A stretch of 64,000 nucleotides of DNA from a virus. Its lineage: Duplodnaviria > Heunggongvirae > Uroviricota > Caudoviricetes. Shown piece by piece: positions 47,178-57,105 of the stretch; position 1 is the first letter of the stretch, and each line of letters starts with the position of its first letter. The notes beneath the pieces are model-generated. The model did no database searches. It was given only the letters and a program-made list of their open reading frames with translations, and was not told the origin of the DNA. The translations under genes and the position numbers were made by a program. The DNA is taken from positions 40,932-104,931 of the IMG/VR virus record IMGVR_UViG_3300021400_000113; one strand, written 5' to 3'.

Positions 47178-47642
47178 ATGAGAATTTATCTTGCTGGTCC
47201 TTGTGATAGTGAAAATCGTTCTATGATGGTAATGGTCGCAAAAGAGCTTCGTAATTATGACAGTGATATTGAAGTTTATTGCCCGTTTGAATTAAAAATT
47301 GAAAATGCCTGGGACTATTCTCAGGAAGATTGGGCACAAATGGTATTTGATAAAGACGTAGAAGCAATTGATAATTGTGACGTTATGTTTATGATTAGTC
47401 TTGGTCGCATTTCTAGCGCGGGAACCAACTGGGAACAGGGCTATGCTTATGCCAAGGGAAAGCAAGTTATTGTATTCCAGATTACAGAAGTTCCTACTTC
47501 CTTGATGACGTATTGCGGATGCAAGTATTTTATTAATACTACAAAAAAAGAACTAATTCATGAGTTATATTGGACTCTTGAAAAGCTATATGACAATACA
47601 CTTTGTTACTATACCGATAAATGTAGGACGGTGCTTACTTAA
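47178..47642 (+). CDS. nucleoside 2-deoxyribosyltransferase-like protein (second copy)
   Basis: MRIYLAGPCDS N-terminus. RBS aaaggaag. Confidence 0.5.
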   Translation: MRIYLAGPCDSENRSMMVMVAKELRNYDSDIEVYCPFELKIENAWDYSQEDWAQMVFDKDVEAIDNCDVMFMISLGRISSAGTNWEQGYAYAKGKQVIVFQITEVPTSLMTYCGCKYFINTTKKELIHELYWTLEKLYDNTLCYYTDKCRTVLT

Positions 47643-47893
47643 TGAAAATTAAATATATATTAACTTATGAATGGGAAGAAGATGAAGCTTCTATTTTAGA
47701 TTACATGGCGAGTAATGAATGTACGTTCGAAGAAGCTATTGAAGAATTAAAAAAATGGAATAAAGAGCAGCTTGCCGATAGGGTGGATACTCGCGCGGCA
47801 AACATTTTAGATAATTATACTTCTACTTTTAATTGTAAAGTAATACAAGAGCAAACAGGAGAAGAAAGTAATGACAGTTCAACAATTAATTAA
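47642..47893 (+). CDS. hypothetical protein
   Basis: ORF of 83 aa. Confidence 0.4.
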   Translation: MKIKYILTYEWEEDEASILDYMASNECTFEEAIEELKKWNKEQLADRVDTRAANILDNYTSTFNCKVIQEQTGEESNDSSTIN

Positions 47894-48056
47894 TGAACTG
47901 CAAAAATATCCAAAAGATATGCCAATTGCAATTTATGATGATATTAATTGGAAAAATAAAGATATACCTGATATAATACAAATACAAAAACGAGTATGGA
48001 CAGATAGTAATTATCCATATGATAAACCTGATTTTTTATATATAAATTTGGAGTGA
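47871..48056 (+). CDS. hypothetical protein
   Basis: ORF of 61 aa. Confidence 0.35.
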   Translation: MTVQQLINELQKYPKDMPIAIYDDINWKNKDIPDIIQIQKRVWTDSNYPYDKPDFLYINLE

Positions 48057-48060
48057 TAAA

Positions 48061-48354
48061 ATGCTAAGAATTATTGGAACACGCGGAAGCGGAAAAACTA
48101 CGCAATTATTACGTTATGCGGCAGAAAATAATGCAATATTTGTTTGCTCCTATCCGCCATATGCTAAGCAATTAGCAAAAAGATTAAATATTCCAAATTA
48201 TGAAAATATGGAATTTATATCCTATCATGATTTTCATAATTTTAATTATGATAAAAATCGTTTTGTTGTTATTGACAAACTTAGCGGCCTTATAAATTAT
48301 GAATATGGAGCAAAAATCATTGGTTATACAGAAGGACAAGATTGGAATGACTAA
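48061..48354 (+). CDS. small P-loop-like protein (paralog of 46626-46913)
   Basis: GTRGSGKTTQLL Walker-A-like motif. Confidence 0.45.
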   Translation: MLRIIGTRGSGKTTQLLRYAAENNAIFVCSYPPYAKQLAKRLNIPNYENMEFISYHDFHNFNYDKNRFVVIDKLSGLINYEYGAKIIGYTEGQDWND

Positions 48355-48616
48355 TAGAGAAAAATTTGAGGAAACTTTTAATTTATACGCTATAGAAGTA
48401 TGGAGTAAATCAATGAAAGAATTTTTAGAATGGGCAGACTCGGAGTATAAAGAAGTTTTAACTAATTCTAAAAAATTTAAGTGCGATAAATGTGGATATG
48501 AATATTTGACAGAAGTAGAACCGCAATGGGATGAAAATTATTGTTTTACATATTGGGAATCAAATTGTCCTAAATGTAATAATTTAAATGAAATAAATGA
48601 TTGCTATTGGAGATAA
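48347..48616 (+). CDS. zinc-ribbon hypothetical protein
   Basis: ATG at 48347 (MTNREKFEE...). Motifs CDKCGYEY and CPKCNN. Confidence 0.4.
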   Translation: MTNREKFEETFNLYAIEVWSKSMKEFLEWADSEYKEVLTNSKKFKCDKCGYEYLTEVEPQWDENYCFTYWESNCPKCNNLNEINDCYWR

Positions 48617-48621
48617 GCAAA

Positions 48622-48867
48622 ATGTTCGATGAAGAAAGAGTTATGAAAATTATTTAGAAATTAAATCAACAAATTTAGCAAGAATTAAGTGACTATAATA
48701 ATGATTATCGTCCTTTAATTTTAGCTTTTATTTTATATTGCAACCCAAATAAATAGAATAATGATAAATATAATTATGAAACATTTTGTAAAGTTTCTAA
48801 AATTATTAAAAGCAACAAAGAATTACAAGAAATTTTTATGATACGTATAGGTGAAATAAATGATTAA
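48622..48867 (+). CDS. hypothetical protein with three in-frame TAGs
   Basis: ATG at 48622. Frame is open through TAGs to TAA at 48865. Confidence 0.3.
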
Positions 48868-49171
48868 AAGTGAAGCACTTGAAAATTTAGATTGGTATTT
48901 TTCAGTTGGTGATGGATTTAACGCTGAAATTGTATCAGAAAGTTATTAGTTCATAAAAAAACGACTTGAAGACTCAGAGCAATTAACCGATACATTAATA
49001 AAAATTTTAATTTATTTATTTAATCATTATAAATAGGATTTATTTAAAAATTTTAATTGTAATGGTGATAATTGGATTGATTTATTAACTATTTATAATA
49101 AAATTGTAGATGAAATGAAAAAAGAAATGCCTGAACCTTGGTATAATTATGGAATAAAATTAAAAGATTGA
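48860..49171 (+). CDS. hypothetical protein with two in-frame TAGs
   Basis: ATG at 48860. Frame is open to TGA at 49169-49171. Confidence 0.3.
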
Positions 49172-49196
49172 CTTTTTCTTAAAATTATATTATAAT
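49168..49196 (+). promoter_or_regulatory. conserved phage promoter copy
   Basis: ttgact at 49168-49173 and tataat at 49191-49196, followed by taatatgtaaaagag. Confidence 0.55.
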
Positions 49197-49228
49197 TAAT
49201 ATGTAAAAGAGAAAGGAGAATAATAATA

Positions 49229-49468
49229 ATGGCTCGTTATTATTATCATGCATATTGTCATCATCATTCTGTATTAAAGAAAAATTTTAATGAGGAATAT
49301 CAACGATTAATGAATGTGTATGGCAAAGAAAATATTGAATTAGAGAAAGAACTTACTTTTGCATATTTGTATAAATGTTGGGTAAATGAAGCGATTGGTG
49401 AATATATTTTTGATCCTCTAATTAATGAATATGTATTTATTTTAGATGCTGAAGAAAGGAATATATAA
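49229..49468 (+). CDS. hypothetical protein
   Basis: ORF of 79 aa with RBS aaaggag. Confidence 0.4.
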   Translation: MARYYYHAYCHHHSVLKKNFNEEYQRLMNVYGKENIELEKELTFAYLYKCWVNEAIGEYIFDPLINEYVFILDAEERNI

Positions 49469-49668
49469 TGAATAAAACCATTGATAAATTTATTTGTCCC
49501 AAGTGCGGTAGTAATGATTGTTATTCATATGATACAGATGAAATTGATTTTTCTTCTGATGGCACCGGACATTATTATGTTTATTGTCATTGTAAAAATT
49601 GCAATAAAGACTTTAAACAATGCTACGAATTTAAATATGAAATCACTAAAGAATGGAGTAGATATTAA
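49468..49668 (+). CDS. zinc-ribbon hypothetical protein
   Basis: Motifs CPKCGSNDC and CHCKNCNK. Confidence 0.4.
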   Translation: MNKTIDKFICPKCGSNDCYSYDTDEIDFSSDGTGHYYVYCHCKNCNKDFKQCYEFKYEITKEWSRY

Positions 49669-50081
49669 TGCGTTTATGGCATACTCAACTTATTAATGTA
49701 TTACCACGAGAACAACTAGTAGCACAATGGCGCGAACTAAGTAGCATTGCGGGCGCAATTCAAAAGAATGGAACTCCTAATCATATTCTTGTAAATTTTG
49801 TTCTTGATTATGATTATGACCATTTCATTTCTTATGCATATTATGTGCGCGAAGAAATGACGAAACGCGGCTACCGGACAATGAATAGTGTTTGGGATAA
49901 AATTGTTTCATTGAAGAAAGATTGGACATTACTACCATTGCATGAAGTTTATAAAGAAAAAATGAATGAAGTTTATATGGAAATTTGTTCTTGGAATCTA
50001 TATGAGAAATATTTATGCGGTGGAATCGCTGAAGAAGATATGAAAAAGATAGAAGAAAAATATATTAATATTAATCAATAA
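49668..50081 (+). CDS. pyrimidine-dimer DNA glycosylase (endonuclease V / Pyr_excise)-like protein
   Basis: N-terminus MRLWHTQLINVLPREQLVAQWRE resembles the conserved start of the DenV/Pyr_excise family. Confidence 0.45.
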   Translation: MRLWHTQLINVLPREQLVAQWRELSSIAGAIQKNGTPNHILVNFVLDYDYDHFISYAYYVREEMTKRGYRTMNSVWDKIVSLKKDWTLLPLHEVYKEKMNEVYMEICSWNLYEKYLCGGIAEEDMKKIEEKYININQ

Positions 50082-50107
50082 AATATTTAAGTCAGCTAAT
50101 TAAAAAG

Positions 50108-50136
50108 TTGACTTTTTATTAAAATTATGATATAAT
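50108..50136 (+). promoter_or_regulatory. conserved phage promoter copy
   Basis: ttgact at 50108-50113 and tgatataat at 50128-50136. Confidence 0.55.
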
Positions 50137-50167
50137 AAATTATAAACAAGAAAGGAAGTATTTATTA

Positions 50168-50767
50168 ATGAATTATCTTGAACATTTTGGAAATCAACTT
50201 AAAAAAGTTGCAATGGACCCTAATGCAACTCGTAGTTCTGCACTTATTGAGCCTATGCATACAGAAATTGCAAAACAAGTAGAATCATATGGTTTTCAAA
50301 CACGAAGTTTGCAAAATAAAGAATATGAATTTATTGGGCCTTATGGTAGTAAAAAATTAGATATTGGTATTTTTAAAAATGGAAAATTAGTTGGTGCAAT
50401 TATGTTTAAAGGAATTAGAAGTGAATATAATAAAAATGCTAATAATTATTTTGAAGGAATGCGTGGAGAAAGTCAATTACTAATTGATGGGGGCGTTCCA
50501 GTATATCAGCTTCTTTTAATTCCTACCAAAGTAAAACATAAAAAAAATAAAGAAACAGTATTTGAAATTCCGTCTGAAAAACACACAATTGATTATAGTA
50601 ATTATATTAATAGTAAATATAAGCCAAATAAATTAAAAGTTGGTGTATATTACGTAGATGTAGATTATAATACATATAAAGTAAATTATTCTGATAAAAA
50701 AATTTTAAATGTTGAAGACACCATAGAAGAAGGTATTAAAAATTTTATATCCTCACTTGGAGTGTGA
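50168..50767 (+). CDS. putative restriction endonuclease (by context with adjacent methyltransferase)
   Basis: 199-aa ORF immediately upstream of a gamma-class N6A methyltransferase. No motif confidently recognised. Confidence 0.3.
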   Translation: MNYLEHFGNQLKKVAMDPNATRSSALIEPMHTEIAKQVESYGFQTRSLQNKEYEFIGPYGSKKLDIGIFKNGKLVGAIMFKGIRSEYNKNANNYFEGMRGESQLLIDGGVPVYQLLLIPTKVKHKKNKETVFEIPSEKHTIDYSNYINSKYKPNKLKVGVYYVDVDYNTYKVNYSDKKILNVEDTIEEGIKNFISSLGV

Positions 50768-50803
50768 TATAATATGGATAAAATTAAACAATTGGGTTAG
50801 GTT

Positions 50804-51952
50804 ATGACACCAATAAATATTGTCAATCATATGATTGACATTCTTTGTTTATCAGAAGAAGAAATAAAAAATAAGTTATTTTTAGATAATAGTTGTGGAA
50901 ATGGAAATTTTATTAAGGTATTAATAGATATAGGAGTACCTCCTACTCATATATATGCTTGTGATATAGATGAAGAAATCAGTCAATTAATTACCACTTT
51001 AATTCCACAAAATAACTTTTATCTAGGATCAGCGTTTAATAAAACTGATTGGTTTAATAAATTTGATTATGTTATAGGAAATCCTCCATATGTACGTATA
51101 CATAATTTAGATATTACTTTAAAAAATTTTTTAAAAACAAATTATAATACTTGTATAGGAATGTTTGATTTATATTATGGATTTTATGAATTAGGATTAA
51201 AATTTTTAAATGATAAAGGTACTTTATTATATATTACTCCTAATAGTTTTATTAAAAATGTTTCTGGGAAAAATTTAAGAGATCTTATAAAAAATAAAAT
51301 TAATCTTTGGTATTTTGAAGATTTTGAGCATCAGAATAATTTTAATAATTACTCAACTTATACATGTATTGTAGGATTAAGTAAAATAAAAAATAAAATT
51401 CCAATTCCTTGGGATACAGTACGTAATAAAATTGGATTAAGTTTTTCTTCTTTACAAAATGGTATTGCAACATTAGCAGATAAAATTTTTATACAAGATG
51501 ATTTTTCTTTTCTTGAACCTAATTTGATTCATCCAATATTAAAAGCCTCCACTGGTGAAAAAAAATATGTAATTGTCCCACCCAAAACAGAAGAAGAATT
51601 AAAAAAATTTCCTAAAACTTATGAATATTTAAATAATAATAAAAATAAGTTACTAGCTCGTGCAATTACGGGAAAGACTCAATGGTTTGAGTTTGGGCGT
51701 TCACAAGGATTAATTAATATGAATAATGAAAAAATTGCAATTCCAACTACTGTTTCATTTGATGAATTAAAAATTTATAGATTACCAAAAGATTATTATG
51801 TATATTCAGGATTATATGCAACAGCAAAAGATTTAGATAAATTAGAAAATGAATTACACAGTGAAAATTTATTAAATTATTTAATAGAAAATGGTAAGCC
51901 GATGCAAGGTAATTATGTACAAATTAGTTCAACTTTATTAAAAAATTATTAA
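50804..51952 (+). CDS. N6-adenine DNA methyltransferase (NPPY gamma-class, Eco57I/TaqI-like)
   Basis: DYVIGNPPYVRIH catalytic motif. FLDNSCGNGNF SAM-binding motif. Confidence 0.6.
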   Translation: MTPINIVNHMIDILCLSEEEIKNKLFLDNSCGNGNFIKVLIDIGVPPTHIYACDIDEEISQLITTLIPQNNFYLGSAFNKTDWFNKFDYVIGNPPYVRIHNLDITLKNFLKTNYNTCIGMFDLYYGFYELGLKFLNDKGTLLYITPNSFIKNVSGKNLRDLIKNKINLWYFEDFEHQNNFNNYSTYTCIVGLSKIKNKIPIPWDTVRNKIGLSFSSLQNGIATLADKIFIQDDFSFLEPNLIHPILKASTGEKKYVIVPPKTEEELKKFPKTYEYLNNNKNKLLARAITGKTQWFEFGRSQGLINMNNEKIAIPTTVSFDELKIYRLPKDYYVYSGLYATAKDLDKLENELHSENLLNYLIENGKPMQGNYVQISSTLLKNY

Positions 51953-51978
51953 GTCAAGTTAAATAACTTGACTTTTTC
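51952..51978 (+). terminator. terminator hairpin overlapping next promoter -35
   Basis: agtcaagttaaataacttgact palindrome followed by ttttt. Its 3' arm is the -35 TTGACT. Confidence 0.45.
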
Positions 51979-51996
51979 TTTAATTTATGTTATAAT
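51968..51996 (+). promoter_or_regulatory. conserved phage promoter copy
   Basis: ttgact at 51968-51973 and tgttataat at 51988-51996. Confidence 0.55.
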
Positions 51997-52025
51997 TAAA
52001 TGTAAAGAAAAGGAGGATTGATATA

Positions 52026-53882
52026 GTGGCTTATGATATTAATTCAATTGAAAGTTTAAGTTTTAGAGAAGGCGTCCGCACTCGTATTCAAATGTATTTA
52101 GGTTCGGATGATATAGAAGGCACCTATCAAGCCTTAAAAGAAATTATAAACAATAGCACAGATGAAGCTCTTGCTGGATATGGTAAGAAAATTCAAATAG
52201 CATTAAATGAACAAACTAATACAATTACTGTACGTGATTATGGCCGCGGAGTTCCTTTTGGAAAACGCGAAGATGGTGAAAATGTTCTGGTATCTATCTT
52301 TACTAAGCCCCATACAGGTGGCAAATTTTCTCATGATGCTTATAAAAATGCATCAGGTCTTAATGGAATCGGCGGTAGTTGTGTATGCCTTTCTTCCAAA
52401 ACTTTTACAGTACAGAGTTTTCGTGATGGAAAAAGAGCCGCGGCAATATTTGAAAAAGGAATTCTAAAGGAATATATTGAAGAAAAATGTAATAATCCTA
52501 ATGGAACTAGAATAGATTTTAGTCCTGATCCTGAAGTATTTCGTAATGGTGAAATAGGATATGAATATTCACGTATTTGTCAGGATATTCAAGATATTTC
52601 ATATTTATATCCCGGTATTGAATTTATAGTTTCTAATGATAATGAACGGCATGTCTATTGCGCGAAAAATGGTATTGTAGATTTTATTACCGATAATTTA
52701 GAAAAGCCACTTCAAAAGCATATTATTACTAGTTATGCAAGTGATGGAACCGATAGTGTAGAAATTGCTTTTCAATGGGGTACTAAACATGAAACTGGTT
52801 ATGTTTTTGTAAATGGTCTGCGCTGCCCAGAGGGCGGCTCCCCGATTACCGGTGCTCGCGCGGCCCTAACGAAAACATTTAATTCATTAGCAAATGAAGC
52901 ATTTGATGGAGAAAAGATCCGACAAAACTTGTTCTATGTAATCAATTGTAAGGTAGAAAATCCTTCATTTGCTAATCAAACAAAAACAAAAATTAATAAT
53001 CCATCTCTGCGCACGTTAGCCTCTAATGCCTTTACTGCGGCTTTAAAGGATATGAATACAAAGTATAATACAGAGTTTAATACTATTGTAGAATTACTTC
53101 GTAAGGTTGAGAAAGCAGAAGCCGCCGCAGAGAAAGCTAGAAACGCAGTTCTAAATATGGAACGCAAAGAAACTGAACAGAAGAAAAAGAAAATTACTTC
53201 TTCTGATAAGTTTAAGGATTGTGAAAAGCATGGGCAGGATTCAATGTTAATTATTTGTGAAGGCAATAGTGCTCTTGGTGGTCTTATGCCCGCGCGTGAC
53301 GTAAATAAAGAGGCGTTGTACGCGGTACGTGGCAAAGTAAAAAATTTATTAAAGCATCCACTAGATGAATGTCTTGAAAATCAAGAAGTCTCTGACATTA
53401 TTCTTGCCCTTGGATGCGGTATTCAAAATCGCTATAATAGTAAAAAATTAAATTATGGTAAAGTCGCTATTGCAGTCGATGCTGATGTTGATGGCTATAA
53501 CATTATGTGTCTAATTGCTACAATGTTTTATGTACTTATGCCTGACTTTATTAAAGAAGGACGCTTATGTTGGCTGCGTGCTCCACTATATCGTTTAACA
53601 AAAGGTGATAAGCGTGTATTTGCTTATGATGACAATGAACTTGCCGAGCTTCGTAAGAAATATCCTAATTGGGAGCAAGGACGCCAAAAAGGTCTTGGTG
53701 AAATGACAGCAGAAGATATGGAAAACTCTATGCTTCATCCTACCGAACGCCATCTTGAAGTACTTACTATTAAAGATATGGAAGCCGCGGCTGAAAGTCT
53801 TAAAATGTTAATGGGTGAAGATGTTGAACCCCGTCGTGATTTCTTGTTTGAGAATGTTGATTTTAGTATTTTGAATAATTAA
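52026..53882 (+). CDS. type II DNA topoisomerase, ATPase/Toprim subunit (GyrB/T4 gp39-like)
   Basis: GHKL motif EIINNSTDEALAGYG. Toprim motif ICEGNSALGG. Confidence 0.75.
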   Translation: MAYDINSIESLSFREGVRTRIQMYLGSDDIEGTYQALKEIINNSTDEALAGYGKKIQIALNEQTNTITVRDYGRGVPFGKREDGENVLVSIFTKPHTGGKFSHDAYKNASGLNGIGGSCVCLSSKTFTVQSFRDGKRAAAIFEKGILKEYIEEKCNNPNGTRIDFSPDPEVFRNGEIGYEYSRICQDIQDISYLYPGIEFIVSNDNERHVYCAKNGIVDFITDNLEKPLQKHIITSYASDGTDSVEIAFQWGTKHETGYVFVNGLRCPEGGSPITGARAALTKTFNSLANEAFDGEKIRQNLFYVINCKVENPSFANQTKTKINNPSLRTLASNAFTAALKDMNTKYNTEFNTIVELLRKVEKAEAAAEKARNAVLNMERKETEQKKKKITSSDKFKDCEKHGQDSMLIICEGNSALGGLMPARDVNKEALYAVRGKVKNLLKHPLDECLENQEVSDIILALGCGIQNRYNSKKLNYGKVAIAVDADVDGYNIMCLIATMFYVLMPDFIKEGRLCWLRAPLYRLTKGDKRVFAYDDNELAELRKKYPNWEQGRQKGLGEMTAEDMENSMLHPTERHLEVLTIKDMEAAAESLKMLMGEDVEPRRDFLFENVDFSILNN

Positions 53883-53897
53883 GGAGTTATAAGAATA

Positions 53898-54053
53898 ATG
53901 ATTAATGAAAACAATTTAACTATAAATGACATAGAAAATTTAATTGATTATTATTGTAGTGATTGCTGCCGCAGTTGTGATGAATGTTCTTTAAGAGATT
54001 TTAGTAATGAACTTTATTATACAATAGAATCCTATAATAAGATGAATAATTGA
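53898..54053 (+). CDS. small Cys-rich hypothetical protein (51 aa)
   Basis: RBS aaggag then ATG at 53898. Stop overlaps the next promoter. Confidence 0.3.
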   Translation: MINENNLTINDIENLIDYYCSDCCRSCDECSLRDFSNELYYTIESYNKMNN

Positions 54054-54078
54054 CTTCTCTTTAAAATCATGATATAAT
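54050..54078 (+). promoter_or_regulatory. conserved phage promoter copy
   Basis: ttgact at 54050-54055 and tgatataat at 54070-54078. Confidence 0.55.
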
Positions 54079-54109
54079 ATAATAAATAAGAAAAGGAAGT
54101 GAAACCAAT

Positions 54110-56485
54110 TTGATTTACGAAACTGATTTTCAAAAACAAATTGAAAATGCTTTCTTGACCTATGGAGCATCCGTGGCGCAAGAACGTGCCATTCCCGATG
54201 TTCGGGATATGCTCAAAATCGGCTTACGTCAAGGATTGTATGCTCAATTTACAAATAAGCTAACTCATAAAGATAAGATGCAAAAGGCACAAAAATCTGT
54301 CGCCGCAGCAATGGCTCAGTCATATGTTCACGGTGACGTAGCGATGTATGATACCTTTATTCGCGCTGCTCGTCCTTGGTCTTATCGTTATCCAGTAGAA
54401 GATGTTCAAGGTAGTTTTGGTAATCCATCTTCTCCCGATAGTCACGCGGCTGCACGTTATGTAGAAATGCGTGCAGGAGAAATTGCAGATTTCTTCTTTG
54501 CTGGGTTAAAAAAGAACGCAGTAAATGAATGGTATTGGAACTATGATGATACAGAACAAATTCCTTCTGTATTACCTTCAATTGGATTTTGGAATATTGT
54601 AAATGGATGTTCCGGTATTGCTGTTGCCATGGCAACCTCTGTGCCGCAATTCAATTTAAAAGAAGTAAATGAAGCACTTATTAAAATTATTCAAAACCCA
54701 GCAGTAGATTTTAATGATATTTATTGTGCGCCGGATTTTGCTTGTGGTGGAACAATTATCAATGCACACGCCGTAAAAGAGAGTTTAAAGGTTGGCAAGG
54801 GAGAATCGGTTCGTCTACAAGCTAAGCTTACTTATTATCCTGATCAAAATATGATTCAGGCAACTGAGTTACCTTATGGCGTATTTACAAATACTGTAAT
54901 TGACCAACTTGCAGGACTTACAGAAGAAAATCCGGATTATGGGATTGAAAAAGTTGTAGATCATACAAAGAAAGTAGCAGATATTCGTATTTATTTATCT
55001 AAGGGAATTAACCCCAAGCGAATGATTGCGAAACTTTATAAAGATACTTCCTTAGAGAATTGGTTTTCCATTAATATGATTCTTCTCGATCGGGGTCGTT
55101 TTCCTCGGGTCTTTGGCTGGCGCGAAGCTTGTGATGCTTATATTGAACATATTCGTCAATGTGAAAGAAATATTATTCAATTTGATTTAGATAAGGCCCT
55201 CGCGCGAAAAAATGCAGTTGATGGATTGATTAAAGCATATTCAATTATTGATGAAGTTGTTGCTTTAATTCGCGGTTCTAATAGTCCATCAGAAGCTTCA
55301 ACAAAACTAATCAATACTTATGATTTTAATGAGGAGCAAGCTAAGGCTATTCTGGCAATGAAATTATCCAGTCTAACTAAATTGGATATTGTAAAGTTAA
55401 ATGAGGAATGCGAAGAACTTGCTAGAAAAATTGAGGAGTATCGTCACTTATTAAATGATTCTACGGCATTAGATAATGAACTTATTAAAATTTTACGCGA
55501 AGTAATTAATAAATATGGCGACGAGCGACGCACCAAAGTATTAAATCTTACTGATTCAGAAAATGAAACAGAAGCTCCAAAAGAAGAAGAAATTGGTATT
55601 ATGTTATTTGATAATAACATGCTTCGTTTGGTGAAGAAAGAAGATTTACAAGGCGGTAAGCGAGGCAAGAAGGGAGTAAATGTTAAGCCTCCGAAGAATG
55701 CGAACTTAATTAATACTCTTTATACTACAAATCTTGGAATCGCGGCCGCATTTACAAATCTCGGTCGTATGTATAACTTCTCTTTATCTGATTTAGATTA
55801 TGATAAAGATTATTCAGTATATGAAGTAATTACTTTACAAGATAATGAAAAAGTAATGTTATTAATTGATACGACTTCATTCAATGCTTATAAGAATCTT
55901 ATTACTGTAAGTAAAAATGGTTATATTAAAAAGACTGCCACGGTTGAATATGGTTCCCGCGCGAAGAAAGGAACCGCAGCGGTAAAATTAGAGCCAGAAG
56001 ATTCACTTGTTGGAGTTTATCTTTCTATGAGTGATGAAGATAAGATTTTTGTTACTAGCAGTAGTGGATATTATAATTTTTATAAATTAAGCGAAATCTC
56101 TTCTACTGGGCGCGTAACAAAGGGCGTAAAGGCAATTAAATTAAATGACAAAGAACAGATTTGTTCCGCTACTATCGTAAAAGATAATATAAACTATCGT
56201 GGCATTTTAACTATTACAAGTGGCGGCCGCGGGAAAATTACATCAGTTGAAGATTTTAATGAAACCTCTCGTGCAGTTCGCGGTAATCAAGTAATGATAT
56301 TAAAGGATGAAAAACTTGCTGTGGTATATGCCGTACCAGAAGAGCAAGAAAAAATCTTCATTTCCGCTAATAATAAAGCGGTATTAATTGAAGTAAATAA
56401 TATTCCATTACAGAATAGAGCGACTGCTGGAGTTCGTATTATTGATGCGCGTAATGGAGAAACCAATAAAATTGAAATCATGTGA
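54110..56485 (+). CDS. type II DNA topoisomerase, DNA-cleavage subunit (GyrA/T4 gp52-like)
   Basis: Active-site region HAAARYVEMR with the catalytic Tyr. TTG start; GyrA-like N-terminus ...ERAIPDVRDMLKIGLRQ. Confidence 0.75.
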   Translation: MIYETDFQKQIENAFLTYGASVAQERAIPDVRDMLKIGLRQGLYAQFTNKLTHKDKMQKAQKSVAAAMAQSYVHGDVAMYDTFIRAARPWSYRYPVEDVQGSFGNPSSPDSHAAARYVEMRAGEIADFFFAGLKKNAVNEWYWNYDDTEQIPSVLPSIGFWNIVNGCSGIAVAMATSVPQFNLKEVNEALIKIIQNPAVDFNDIYCAPDFACGGTIINAHAVKESLKVGKGESVRLQAKLTYYPDQNMIQATELPYGVFTNTVIDQLAGLTEENPDYGIEKVVDHTKKVADIRIYLSKGINPKRMIAKLYKDTSLENWFSINMILLDRGRFPRVFGWREACDAYIEHIRQCERNIIQFDLDKALARKNAVDGLIKAYSIIDEVVALIRGSNSPSEASTKLINTYDFNEEQAKAILAMKLSSLTKLDIVKLNEECEELARKIEEYRHLLNDSTALDNELIKILREVINKYGDERRTKVLNLTDSENETEAPKEEEIGIMLFDNNMLRLVKKEDLQGGKRGKKGVNVKPPKNANLINTLYTTNLGIAAAFTNLGRMYNFSLSDLDYDKDYSVYEVITLQDNEKVMLLIDTTSFNAYKNLITVSKNGYIKKTATVEYGSRAKKGTAAVKLEPEDSLVGVYLSMSDEDKIFVTSSSGYYNFYKLSEISSTGRVTKGVKAIKLNDKEQICSATIVKDNINYRGILTITSGGRGKITSVEDFNETSRAVRGNQVMILKDEKLAVVYAVPEEQEKIFISANNKAVLIEVNNIPLQNRATAGVRIIDARNGETNKIEIM

Positions 56486-56494
56486 GGTATGGTT

Positions 56495-56875
56495 ATGGAT
56501 GAAGGATATAGAAATTTAATGATTGAAATGTGTCGTAGCGCACAAGTCGCAGCTGAGCAAGTTATGGAATATGATAGAAAACATAACGATGAAAAGGGAG
56601 AAAAAGTTGCGGAGACAATGCGCGCAGATTATTAGAAATTAGAAGATAAATTATCTAATAAAGAAGTAATCACTAAAAATGATTATCTAAAATTAATGGC
56701 GGCGGCCTATATTGTAAGTAATAATCTTCAAGATAGAGTTAATACTTATAATAAAGTAATTCAAATGTATAAAATTGATATTATTCCAAAGTTAGGCCGC
56801 ATTACTGCTGAATCTTCTAATGATGAAGGGTGTGAAAAATTAGCTCATGAATTATTACAAACTGAAAAAGTTTAA
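56495..56875 (+). CDS. hypothetical protein with one in-frame TAG
   Basis: RBS gtgaggt then ATG at 56489 or 56495. Frame is open through TAG at 56633 to TAA at 56873-56875. Confidence 0.35.
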
Positions 56876-56878
56876 TAT

Positions 56879-56907
56879 TTGACAAAAATTAAAATTCATG
56901 ATATAAT
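56879..56907 (+). promoter_or_regulatory. conserved phage promoter copy (TTGACA), first of tandem pair
   Basis: ttgaca at 56879-56884 and tgatataat at 56899-56907. Confidence 0.5.
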
Positions 56908-56979
56908 ATATACAGAAAGAGAGAAAAAAGAAAATCTCTGAAAGCCCTATTCAAAAGGGAAAAAATAATAGATAAATAC

Positions 56980-57008
56980 TTGACAATTGAATAAAAATCT
57001 GATATAAT
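56980..57008 (+). promoter_or_regulatory. conserved phage promoter copy (TTGACA), second of tandem pair
   Basis: ttgaca at 56980-56985 and tgatataat at 57000-57008. Confidence 0.5.
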
Positions 57009-57105
57009 ATGTATATAAAGTGGAGCGGAAAAACTGAATAATGAAACGCACTACTTTGATATAAAAATTAATTAATTAAATGAATTTTAAGGAGAATGAT
57101 GTATT

